DNA from: Negativicutes bacterium
GTDB lineage: Bacteria; Bacillota; Negativicutes; UBA1444
DNA: 64,000 nucleotides
NCBI GenBank assembly: GCA_963665275.2
Contig: CAXXIN010000019.1
Location: 1-64,000 of the forward strand
Direction: 5' to 3'
Shown in pieces: positions 19,835 to 28,411 of this stretch. The notes below the pieces were generated by a model that saw only the letters and a list, made by a program, of their open reading frames with translations, was not told the origin of the DNA and did not search any database. Position numbers and translations under genes: made by a program. How positions within the stretch are numbered: position 1 is the first letter of the stretch; every line of letters begins with the position of its first letter.

Positions 19835-21679
19835 TTAAAATTTCTTGTGTCTTGTTTTTTCCCGCCCATCGTCAATATCGATAATAGGTCCTGTAATTTT
19901 TATATCTTGTGCTGCAGTATCAAGCTCCATCAATTTACGATACAACGAAGGAAGGCTAATCCCTAATTCCTTTGCTGCCGCTTCCTTGCCTCTGGCATTC
20001 CAACCATAGCGATTCAACGCATCTGAAATCTGGTTATATTCATACTGCCGCACTTTATCCTTGAGAGTGATTTTCAACGGTAACTGTTCACGAATTCGCT
20101 TAGGCAGACTAGTTTCTCGGATATAATTGCTACTCTCGATATTTACCGCGTATTCGACAGCATTCTCAAGCTCCCGCACATTACCCGGCCAGGAATAGTT
20201 GCCAAGTATCTCAAGGGCGGCAGCAGTAAAGTCGACGACTTCTTTCTTCAACTTAAGTTTATATTTCAGCAAGAAATATTTGCTGAGCATAATAATATCC
20301 TTACGCCTCTCGCGCAAGGGAGGTATGACAATTGGGATAACATTAAGCCGATAGTATAAATCCAGGCGAAACTCTTTCAGGCGGACTTTTTCCTCCAGTT
20401 CTTGGTTCGTCGCCGCGATTATTCTGATATCCAAAGGAATTGTTCGTTCTCCGCCAACTCGATCGAAGTTTCGTTCCTGCAAAACTCTCAGCAACTTAAC
20501 CTGAAGGTGAAGCGGCATATCGCCAATTTCATCCAGAAATAGCGTGCCACCATCAGCCAATTCAAACTTTCCTTGCTTTCCGCCCTTTTTGGCGCCTGTG
20601 AAAGCGCCCTGTTCATAGCCGAAAAGCTCACTTTCCAGAAGCATTTCAGGAATGGCAGCACAGTTGATAGCAATAAATGCATTTTTCCCCCGAGAACTAG
20701 CGGAATGAATGGCGCGCGCCAAAATTTCCTTGCCTGTCCCACTTTCTCCTTGAATTAAAATTGTGGAATCGCTTTGCGATATTTTCATGGCTTCCTGCTT
20801 GATCTGGATAATTTCATCACTTTCACCAATAAAGGACTCAAATGATGTGTCGCCATTCATGCCGACGATCTCATTAACAACCGTTCGAATATCGCGGATA
20901 TCCGTAAGACTGAGCACGCCGCCGGCAATTACCATTTCACTGTAAATCGGTTTTATGGAGATTAAGCAATGAACAGGCGCCTTCCCTGCAAAAATGTGTT
21001 CTTGATGTTTAATGCTATTTCCCGCCTGAATAAATTCAACAATATTTTTCCCAGTCACAATCTGATCAATAAAACAACTTAACAATTTATCGTTCGAGAC
21101 CTTTAGCAACTGTGAGGCCACCTTGTTCGCATGAGTAATTTTCCCGGTATTATCAAAAGTGATAATACCGTCATTGATAGAATCCAGAGTCGTTTCTATC
21201 AAACTGTTAATTTGCTTGACCCACTCGGTATGTTCTTTTTCCCGAATCTTACTTACTAACATTTGTGCCATCTCGTGAATGAACTCCAAGAGTGGGTCAA
21301 TTTTTCCTATCAGACGATAGCGCTGTTCTTCGTCAAAAGCCACCATACTGATGACGCCAATTACTGTACCATCCATCTCGATGGCACATAAAACTTCGGC
21401 GGTTTCCGGGCACTGCCCTTCCAACCGGCAACCCTGGCAATAAATAAAATGACCCGGACTTTTGCAAACTACCGTTTTTTCTGTCATTACAGCATCGATA
21501 AAAGGTTTATGAGGCTCGTAGATTTCTTCCGAATCCTTAACCTTAGCTTCGACATACCCCTTACTGGAAGCTATCAACGCAGAGTCAGCATCCATGATAG
21601 CCACTTCAACCCCTAATGCTGCGGAGATAGCCGCAACCGTATGACGAGCAGAATCTTGAATGTTGCGAAGCTTGGACAT
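19835..21679 (-). CDS. sigma54-dependent enhancer-binding protein (GAF-like, PAS, AAA+, HTH)
   Basis: GESGTGKE, NCAAIPE, GAFTGA, LFLDEIGDM, WPGNVRELEN, C-terminal HTH; N-terminal CxxC-x5-C. Confidence 0.93.
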   Translation of the reverse strand: MSKLRNIQDSARHTVAAISAALGVEVAIMDADSALIASSKGYVEAKVKDSEEIYEPHKPFIDAVMTEKTVVCKSPGHFIYCQGCRLEGQCPETAEVLCAIEMDGTVIGVISMVAFDEEQRYRLIGKIDPLLEFIHEMAQMLVSKIREKEHTEWVKQINSLIETTLDSINDGIITFDNTGKITHANKVASQLLKVSNDKLLSCFIDQIVTGKNIVEFIQAGNSIKHQEHIFAGKAPVHCLISIKPIYSEMVIAGGVLSLTDIRDIRTVVNEIVGMNGDTSFESFIGESDEIIQIKQEAMKISQSDSTILIQGESGTGKEILARAIHSASSRGKNAFIAINCAAIPEMLLESELFGYEQGAFTGAKKGGKQGKFELADGGTLFLDEIGDMPLHLQVKLLRVLQERNFDRVGGERTIPLDIRIIAATNQELEEKVRLKEFRLDLYYRLNVIPIVIPPLRERRKDIIMLSKYFLLKYKLKLKKEVVDFTAAALEILGNYSWPGNVRELENAVEYAVNIESSNYIRETSLPKRIREQLPLKITLKDKVRQYEYNQISDALNRYGWNARGKEAAAKELGISLPSLYRKLMELDTAAQDIKITGPIIDIDDGREKTRHKKF

Positions 21680-21830
21680 GGACCTACCCCCTTCATACGT
21701 TTTTATTCTAATCTTTGCTGGGGCTAAACACAACTTGTGCAACACAAAAATTCAGCGCGCCAAGAATTGCTGCATGCAAGATTAGTCGATATGTTTCGAC
21801 CAGAAAACCATATAAATAATGAGGTGTAGG

Positions 21831-21879
21831 AAAATACAGAAAGCGCTTACCCCCTTGATAAGTGCTTTCTGTATTTTTT
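21831..21879. terminator. Intrinsic terminator after the MetX-like gene
   Basis: aaaatacagaaagcgctta...taagtgctttctgtattttt. Confidence 0.75.
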
Positions 21880-21909
21880 ATACCATCTGCCGCAATATGC
21901 TCAACAAAC

Positions 21910-22902
21910 CTACCTTAAAAAGGCATCACGCAATAGTGGGGCATATAATGAATCGTCCAATAGAAACGCATCGTGCCCATACACTGAATGAACCATGAAA
22001 GTCTCAGGTGTTTGTCCAATTGTGAACCGGATAATGGTTTCCTGTATGATGGCAGGTGAAAACAGTTTGTCCTCCGAACAACCGACAATCATGACTGACG
22101 GCTGGGTTGAAAAAGGCGAAGGTCGGCAATCAAAATCCATCATAGCGTGAAGAAATCCCAGATAACTGTATGGATTAAAACGCATGGAAAAAGCATCCGC
22201 TTCTTGCGAAAGCCACTGGGTCAACCGCCATGAGGGGTCGCCCACCGCAAGCTGTTGGAAGTATTCTTCATCCAGATAAGCCAGCGTCGCCAGTTGCCTC
22301 GCCAATCGCAACCCACGAAACTCTTCCTGCCTGATCATATCCGCCTGGACAGACATTAACCCATATCCGGTGTGCGATACTCGAGCACCGGCATTGAGGC
22401 ATATAGCCGCGCCTACCTTATCAGGATAAGACGCTGCCCAATGAAGGGCCGCCATGCCACCAAGGGATCCGCCGATCACGGCCCGCCATACTTCGATTTC
22501 CAGTTCCTTCTGCAGTTCATGCTGGCAAAACACAATATCGGCTATCGTCGGAAAAGGAAATGATGATCCGAGCTGCTGCCCGGTCTGTTTGTTCACCGTT
22601 GTAGGACCGGAACTACCGAAACAACTGCCTAGGTTATTGGCGCAAACCACGAAGTATTGCAAAGTATCCAGCGCCAAACCCGGCCCAACCGCCCAATCCC
22701 ACCATCCGGGTTCATCGTCTTCAGTGTGTCGGGCCACATGGGAATTGGCCGAGAACCCATGAATAACCAAAATAGCGTTGTCCCTGGCTTCATTCAGTTG
22801 TCCGTAAGTTTCATATACTAATGTGACCTCGTCGATAATCCCCTCATAACGGGCCGGTATTGTATCGGTCGAAAAGGTGCGGAGATTGTGATGGCCCAGC
22901 AT
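21910..22902 (-). CDS. MetX-family alpha/beta-hydrolase O-acyltransferase (divergent)
   Basis: YETYGQLN..RDNAILV, GWW...VGPG, NNLGSC.GSSGP, GGSLGG nucleophile, GHDAFLL. Confidence 0.85.
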   Translation of the reverse strand: MLGHHNLRTFSTDTIPARYEGIIDEVTLVYETYGQLNEARDNAILVIHGFSANSHVARHTEDDEPGWWDWAVGPGLALDTLQYFVVCANNLGSCFGSSGPTTVNKQTGQQLGSSFPFPTIADIVFCQHELQKELEIEVWRAVIGGSLGGMAALHWAASYPDKVGAAICLNAGARVSHTGYGLMSVQADMIRQEEFRGLRLARQLATLAYLDEEYFQQLAVGDPSWRLTQWLSQEADAFSMRFNPYSYLGFLHAMMDFDCRPSPFSTQPSVMIVGCSEDKLFSPAIIQETIIRFTIGQTPETFMVHSVYGHDAFLLDDSLYAPLLRDAFLR

Positions 22903-24083
22903 CAGCTGTGTTGTTCGAGATAATCGAAAGCTAGTTGGGCCAAAGCAGCCGCACCATACCTCAAACAGTCCTCATCCGCATCGAAACGGGGATTGTGCCA
23001 CTGATTAACGATACCTCTTTCCGCATTGCCTACGCCAAGAAACAAGAACACACCTGGAACTTTTTCCTGGAAGCAGGCAAAATCCTCGCCACCCATACTG
23101 GGCGCTGTATTAACCAATCCTTTCGGGCCAAATACCTTTTCAAGAGGAATGCGGCACCATTCAGCCAGCTCCGGCGGATTGACAACCGCCGGCAAGTCTT
23201 TGCGATAAACGAATTCGGCCTCAGTTCTCATGGCAGTGGCTATATTATTGATTACAGAGCGCATTTTTTCGGGCATCTGGACTTGCAGGTCCGGATTGAA
23301 GGTGCGGACAGTCCCGGTAAGCTCGACTATTTCCGGAATTACGTTGTTTGCGTGGCCACCGTGGATCGTTCCAAAAGATATGACTGCCGGTTCCAACGGA
23401 TTGACCTGACGGCTGACAATAGTCTGTAGTCCTTGTATTATCGCTGCGGTCGCAGTGATCGGATCACAGGTGAGATGGGGAATGCCACCATGCCCACCAA
23501 CGCCTTTGACGGTCAGGAACGTGGTATCTACTGCAGCCATCAGTCCGCCAGCTTTCAGAAACACCTGACCGCTGGAGATATTGGGACTGTTATGCAACCC
23601 AAATATCATGGAAACCTTTGGATTTTCGAGCACCCCCTTCTCGATCATGAACTTGGCTCCGGCATTGATTTCCTCGGCGGGTTGAAAAATAAACTTCACC
23701 GTTCCGGCCAAACTGTCCCGACGCTCGGCAAGAAGCATCGCAGCTCCCAGTAGGCCAGCTGTATGGATGTCATGACCACAAGCATGCATAATTCCTTGAT
23801 TTTGAGAACGATAATTGCAATCGTTTTCTTCCTGGACTGGCAATGCATCAATGTCAGAGCGCAACGCCACCACCGGTCCTGGTATGGCGCCTTTAAGCAA
23901 GCCGACGACGCCGGTTTCCCCGCCCCAGTCTACTATTTCTATCCCTAGACTGCTGAGAGTTTGCTTGATCAATTCCGTAGTCCGGAATTCTTTGAAACTG
24001 AGTTCAGGATCCTTGTGCAACTTATGACGAATATCAATAATGTCCTGTTGAAGTTCTGTCGCCCGTTCTATCATTGCTTTCAT
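22902..24083 (-). CDS. M20D amidohydrolase (aminoacylase/YxeP-like)
   Basis: PELSFKE, RSDIDALP, MHACGHD, FQPAEE, GGEDF, HNPRF. Confidence 0.92.
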   Translation of the reverse strand: MKAMIERATELQQDIIDIRHKLHKDPELSFKEFRTTELIKQTLSSLGIEIVDWGGETGVVGLLKGAIPGPVVALRSDIDALPVQEENDCNYRSQNQGIMHACGHDIHTAGLLGAAMLLAERRDSLAGTVKFIFQPAEEINAGAKFMIEKGVLENPKVSMIFGLHNSPNISSGQVFLKAGGLMAAVDTTFLTVKGVGGHGGIPHLTCDPITATAAIIQGLQTIVSRQVNPLEPAVISFGTIHGGHANNVIPEIVELTGTVRTFNPDLQVQMPEKMRSVINNIATAMRTEAEFVYRKDLPAVVNPPELAEWCRIPLEKVFGPKGLVNTAPSMGGEDFACFQEKVPGVFLFLGVGNAERGIVNQWHNPRFDADEDCLRYGAAALAQLAFDYLEQHS

Positions 24084-24265
24084 ACTGCACCTCTGCTTAC
24101 GTTATTTATTTGTATACCCAATGACAGTCCTCAGTTGGGAACTTATAACCGGCAGCAATGGCCGTTTTTCTCGCATTACGATTTATCTTCGTTATCACAT
24201 TTGTGCAACGCTCTTAATGTTAGGACAGGGCCTCATGTACCTAACCCACGTTGTCCTGTCCCCTG

Positions 24266-24712
24266 CTAAATTATTCCTTGCGCACGCAATACTGTTTCGG
24301 CAATAATAACGGCGAACACGAAAGTCCCCGTATACACCGCTAACGCGACTACCACGATTCGCCATGACATTTGTTTAATCATTGGCAAATCTTTACCCAC
24401 TGCCAACCCGGCATAGGCTAAAATGGGGGTTGCAATTGCCATGAATTCCATTTTGTTAGTATAGTCCAAAACAATCTTATTAACGGGTGAAATAGGCGAT
24501 GTAGAAAGCAATGAGATAAGTGAAATCCAGAACACCATAGGGAGTTTTATCGGAAAAAATTCAGATAGAGCCATACCAAGGAGCGTAATACTCACTAACA
24601 TTAGATAACCGATTAGCGCCACATCCCAAGGCAATTTGTAACCGATTGTGTTACCAATAACCGCAATGATGCCTGCTACGATGAATATGACTACAGACTC
24701 TTTCCATTTCAT
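24266..24712 (-). CDS. Small membrane protein, partner of the DUF3100 protein
   Basis: TM helices; ATPILAYAGLAVGKDL, YTGTF; ATGA overlap with upstream gene. Confidence 0.75.
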   Translation of the reverse strand: MKWKESVVIFIVAGIIAVIGNTIGYKLPWDVALIGYLMLVSITLLGMALSEFFPIKLPMVFWISLISLLSTSPISPVNKIVLDYTNKMEFMAIATPILAYAGLAVGKDLPMIKQMSWRIVVVALAVYTGTFVFAVIIAETVLRAQGII

Positions 24713-25518
24713 TTAGGTATGACCTCCCCATCCTCTCTCCGGCCAAGTACAGGCTGCAATTTGCTGTACAAATAGTTGGCAACCGGAAGAGAAACAAATA
24801 GACAAAAGTATATTCCAATAACTGTCGTTAATAGGTTGCTGGCTCCGGCATAAGCAAGAATCTGTTCTTTATACTCTGGAAAAACAGCTATGATAGCTCC
24901 TGATGCAGCCGCCATCATACTTCCCGAACCGACGCCGGCGCCCATTGCCAGTGAGATAGGATGAAAAATCTTCATGGCGCCCAAATATCCGGCCAACAAA
25001 CCTAGCCATACAGCACCGAAAACAGTGCCACAAATATACATTGTCATTACGCCTCGTCCTTCGGGCGAATCCATTCCATACTTTTCAGCAATAATCGCTA
25101 TGTTAGGCTCCCTATCAATGGAAAAGGTTGCTCCAACTGCTTCCCTCTTCATTCCAAGCAGCAAGGCGATCGGAAGGCCCAGCAGTACTGTACCTCCAAA
25201 ATGACCCAGTTCCTGCAGTGACAAAGCCAAGCCAGATTGAGCCAGCTTGGGTACGGCCGGTCCGATAATAACGCCAAGTTTTGTTACAAGTATCAGTGCG
25301 AGCAAACTTAGTACCCGAGTAGCAGCATTCATTTCTGAAAGATTGAGAATTTTCAGCCGAGGAGCGCTGACAAATCCGCCGATAATCATCGCATAAAGCA
25401 TAGGTAAAAACAACAGAACGCCGGGACCCAACGGTACCTTGACCATTCCAATAAACTCACAAATAGCGACAATGATTAGGGCAAAAACATGAATCTTCCA
25501 GTTCTTCATCAATTCCAT
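24709..25518 (-). CDS. DUF3100-family membrane protein (putative transporter)
   Basis: QELGH, MKREAVGATFSIDREPN, SPEGRGV, LAMGAGVGSGSMM. Confidence 0.85.
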   Translation of the reverse strand: MELMKNWKIHVFALIIVAICEFIGMVKVPLGPGVLLFLPMLYAMIIGGFVSAPRLKILNLSEMNAATRVLSLLALILVTKLGVIIGPAVPKLAQSGLALSLQELGHFGGTVLLGLPIALLLGMKREAVGATFSIDREPNIAIIAEKYGMDSPEGRGVMTMYICGTVFGAVWLGLLAGYLGAMKIFHPISLAMGAGVGSGSMMAAASGAIIAVFPEYKEQILAYAGASNLLTTVIGIYFCLFVSLPVANYLYSKLQPVLGRREDGEVIPK

Positions 25519-25629
25519 TTTGCGGCCTCCCTTACATTTTTTCTCAACTAAACAATATTTTTATACACCTCCTTCAAATTAATTATTTATATCTCACAGA
25601 TACCGGTTTCGTAGATTATGAATATATTT

Positions 25630-25645
25630 TGCATTTTTCGTGCCA
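25630..25645 (-). promoter_or_regulatory. sigma54 -24/-12 promoter for the DUF3100-M20D-MetX-like operon
   Basis: TGGCACGAAAAATGCA on the minus strand. Confidence 0.75.
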
Positions 25646-25908
25646 CACTATTAGAATTGCATATAATTACCTTGAAAACTCAAGGTCTGCTCTCCGCAAG
25701 TTGCGCTATATTAATGCATTCTTGCAATCACAATACACTTTAATATTTTTAGATTATTTTTAATATCACGAAAATTTCATAATTGTCTCGTTTTTTTATA
25801 CCGATAATTCTCAATATTAATATGCCAATTATCACAAATAAGAATGCGTCGCCCCTTGGCAACGCCAGCCTAATTTTGCATGTTAATGCGATGGTGATTT
25901 AAAGTACG

Positions 25909-25948
25909 AGGGGCTGCCTCAATTTGTTATTGAGACAGCCCCTTTTTT
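25909..25948. terminator. Hairpin at the lytT 3' end
   Basis: aggggctgcctcaat-ttgtt-attgagacagcccct. Confidence 0.7.
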
Positions 25949-26690
25949 ACTTGAGACCCATGATCTCCTTGATAAGGCGAATTTTATTGCGACTGACCGG
26001 CACTTGCTGGGCTTTGCAGTCATCCATTTTCAAATGATAGGTGCCATGAAACCAAGGAATGACCTCCAACACTTTATCCACGTTGATGATGAACTGCCGA
26101 TGAACCTGAACGAACTTTTCCCGCACCGATGCCCGTTCGATCAAGATCGTCGCGATATCCTGAAAATTGAAGGGGACCAAATATTCAGCGGTCCGGGTCC
26201 GGATGTACACGTCTTTGTCCTTCACCACCACCAGTGCGATCTCTTCCAACGCGATCGGCATGATTTTACCAGCGGACTGCACGCAGATTTTGTTGACTTC
26301 GACTTTTGCCACCGGTGCGGCAGTGAGCATCAGGTGGAGGATTTTATCCATCACTCCGGCGATCTTTTCCTCCGTTACCGGTTTGGTCACATACCCGACC
26401 GTAGGGGTATCGAACGCCTCCAGAGCATATTCCGGGTGTGCCGTGACAATCACGATTAAGGGGGGGGTTTTCAGGGTTTTAAGCCTGCGGGCCATTTCCA
26501 GACCCGAAAAGCCGGGCATTTGAATATCCAGGAACACCAGGCGGGGCTTCTGCTCCGCAATATACGCGATCGCGTCAAACGCATTGTTAAACTTTCCCAC
26601 AATGTCAACGTCAGCATACGGTCCCAGCAGATATTCGATTTCATCACAAATCGGCGCTTCATCATCTACGATGACCGTTGGAATGTTCAC
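25947..26690 (-). CDS. lytT: LytTR-family response regulator
   Basis: VDDE, FLDIQMP, VTAH, KP receiver motifs; QVHRQFIIN, VPVSR LytTR domain. Confidence 0.9.
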   Translation of the reverse strand: MNIPTVIVDDEAPICDEIEYLLGPYADVDIVGKFNNAFDAIAYIAEQKPRLVFLDIQMPGFSGLEMARRLKTLKTPPLIVIVTAHPEYALEAFDTPTVGYVTKPVTEEKIAGVMDKILHLMLTAAPVAKVEVNKICVQSAGKIMPIALEEIALVVVKDKDVYIRTRTAEYLVPFNFQDIATILIERASVREKFVQVHRQFIINVDKVLEVIPWFHGTYHLKMDDCKAQQVPVSRNKIRLIKEIMGLK

Positions 26691-28369
26691 GCGCTCACCT
26701 TGCTTTCATAAGGAATTTGGACGACTGCCTGTGTGCCGCCGCCCAGTTGGCTGAGAAGCGACAGTCCATATTTTTCGCCGTATAAGCTCCTCAAGCGCTG
26801 AGATACATTTTTCAGACCGATCCGTTCCGATTCAGTCATCAGGCCGTTCAGTTTTTCCGCCGGAATGCCAACGCCATTGTCCTTGATGCGCAGCGTGATT
26901 CCTCGGTCCGTCATTTGACCGCTGATCGACAGCCGACAGTCGCTGACTTTGGGAAACAATCCGTGCTCCAGCGCATTTTCGACCAGAGGCTGAAGCGTCA
27001 AAGGCGGTATCTGAGCATCGTCCAACGCCGGATCGATGTCGATGTCCACACTCAGACGCGATCCGAAACGCACTTTGGCTATTTCCAGATAGGCAATGAT
27101 CCCATCCATTTCGTTTTTAAGCGAAATAAATTCCGTACGGTTGTCAAAGCACCGCTGCATTAATGTTGCCAAATGGGCCAGCAACACTCGGGCGGTTTCC
27201 GGGTTGGTACGACAAAAGGACATGATCGTGTTCAGAGTATTATAGAGAAAATGCGGATTGATCTGCGCCTGCAAGGCCTTGAATTCAGCCTTTTCACGCA
27301 TTTTTTTCTGATTGTCGCCCTCCGCCAGCTGGATCTGAACGGACAGTAGATGGGCCAGCCCATCCGCCAATCGAATATCGACCTCGGTCACACTGTTGAC
27401 TTCTGTGCGCGAAAGTTTGATCGTGCCTGCCACCTCATCGCCATGAAAAAAAAGCGGCGCGACCACTCCCGACTTCAAAGGACATTCCGCAACCGGACAT
27501 CCCCGTTCTTCCGGCGTATAGAGAACGACCAGGCGCTTCTCCTGAATCGCTTTGCGGGTGGATTGCGTCATCAGCGGCTCGCCGACCCGATGGTGGTCAT
27601 CACCGGCGCCAACGAATGCCAGAACATTTTTCGCATCAGTAATGGACACCGAGTCCACTTTGGTCAGTTCGTAAATGATCTGCGCGGTTTTGGCGGCGGA
27701 ATCTTCGTTCAGACCCTGCCGCAGATAAGGCAGCGTCTGGGTGGCGATCTCCAGTGAGAGTTGCGCCGCATCGGCTCCATGGGCTTCACGCGCCGTCTGA
27801 ATATCTTTGATAATAATGATGAAAATGACGGTTCCCAAAACGCTGACTAACGTTGTAGGAATGGCGATGGCTTTTTCCAGGGAAAGCGCTGCTTCAAAAG
27901 GTTTGGCAAAAGCAATGACCAGCATTTTCTGTACAAATTCACCGGCAAGTGCGAGCAGCGCGCCTACTTTCCAGTCCAGACGGAAAATGCCAAGTTTTTG
28001 TCGGGCGAATCCTGCGAGCAGACCGCCGATCACCGCTGATATTCCACACACTTCGGCCGTGAACCCGCCCAGCAGATACCTGTGCAGGCCGCTGATAACG
28101 CCGACCGTTCCCCCGACAAGCGGACCGCCCATGATGCCGGCGATGAGGGTTCCGACCAGCCGGGTGTTGGCCAGTGCATCTTCGACAGGGATTCCATGAT
28201 AGGTGCCGATAATCGAAAGGGTCGAAAAAATCACGACCAGCGTTAAAAAATTCCGCAGCTTCAACGGATTGTATACACACTGCGTGATGAATTTATTCCG
28301 TCCGAACAGATAGGCGGAGCTGGCGATGAGCGCCGCGTCCCCCAACAGATCAAGCAACATGGGATTCAA
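26687..28369 (-). CDS. lytS: LytS/YehU-family sensor histidine kinase
   Basis: 5TM-5TMR_LYT (ANTR, GLHRY), TLPYLRQGL, GAF, LQAQINPHFLYN, LQPLVENA. Confidence 0.92.
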   Translation of the reverse strand: MNPMLLDLLGDAALIASSAYLFGRNKFITQCVYNPLKLRNFLTLVVIFSTLSIIGTYHGIPVEDALANTRLVGTLIAGIMGGPLVGGTVGVISGLHRYLLGGFTAEVCGISAVIGGLLAGFARQKLGIFRLDWKVGALLALAGEFVQKMLVIAFAKPFEAALSLEKAIAIPTTLVSVLGTVIFIIIIKDIQTAREAHGADAAQLSLEIATQTLPYLRQGLNEDSAAKTAQIIYELTKVDSVSITDAKNVLAFVGAGDDHHRVGEPLMTQSTRKAIQEKRLVVLYTPEERGCPVAECPLKSGVVAPLFFHGDEVAGTIKLSRTEVNSVTEVDIRLADGLAHLLSVQIQLAEGDNQKKMREKAEFKALQAQINPHFLYNTLNTIMSFCRTNPETARVLLAHLATLMQRCFDNRTEFISLKNEMDGIIAYLEIAKVRFGSRLSVDIDIDPALDDAQIPPLTLQPLVENALEHGLFPKVSDCRLSISGQMTDRGITLRIKDNGVGIPAEKLNGLMTESERIGLKNVSQRLRSLYGEKYGLSLLSQLGGGTQAVVQIPYESKVSA

Positions 28370-28411
28370 CTCTCCCTCATATTCTTGTTTCAGCCAGCCT
28401 TCAGATAGCGT

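Noticed and set aside
24220-24265. ggacagg...cctgtcc hairpin as a REP element
   Set aside because: Single copy and no RAYT transposase in the window.
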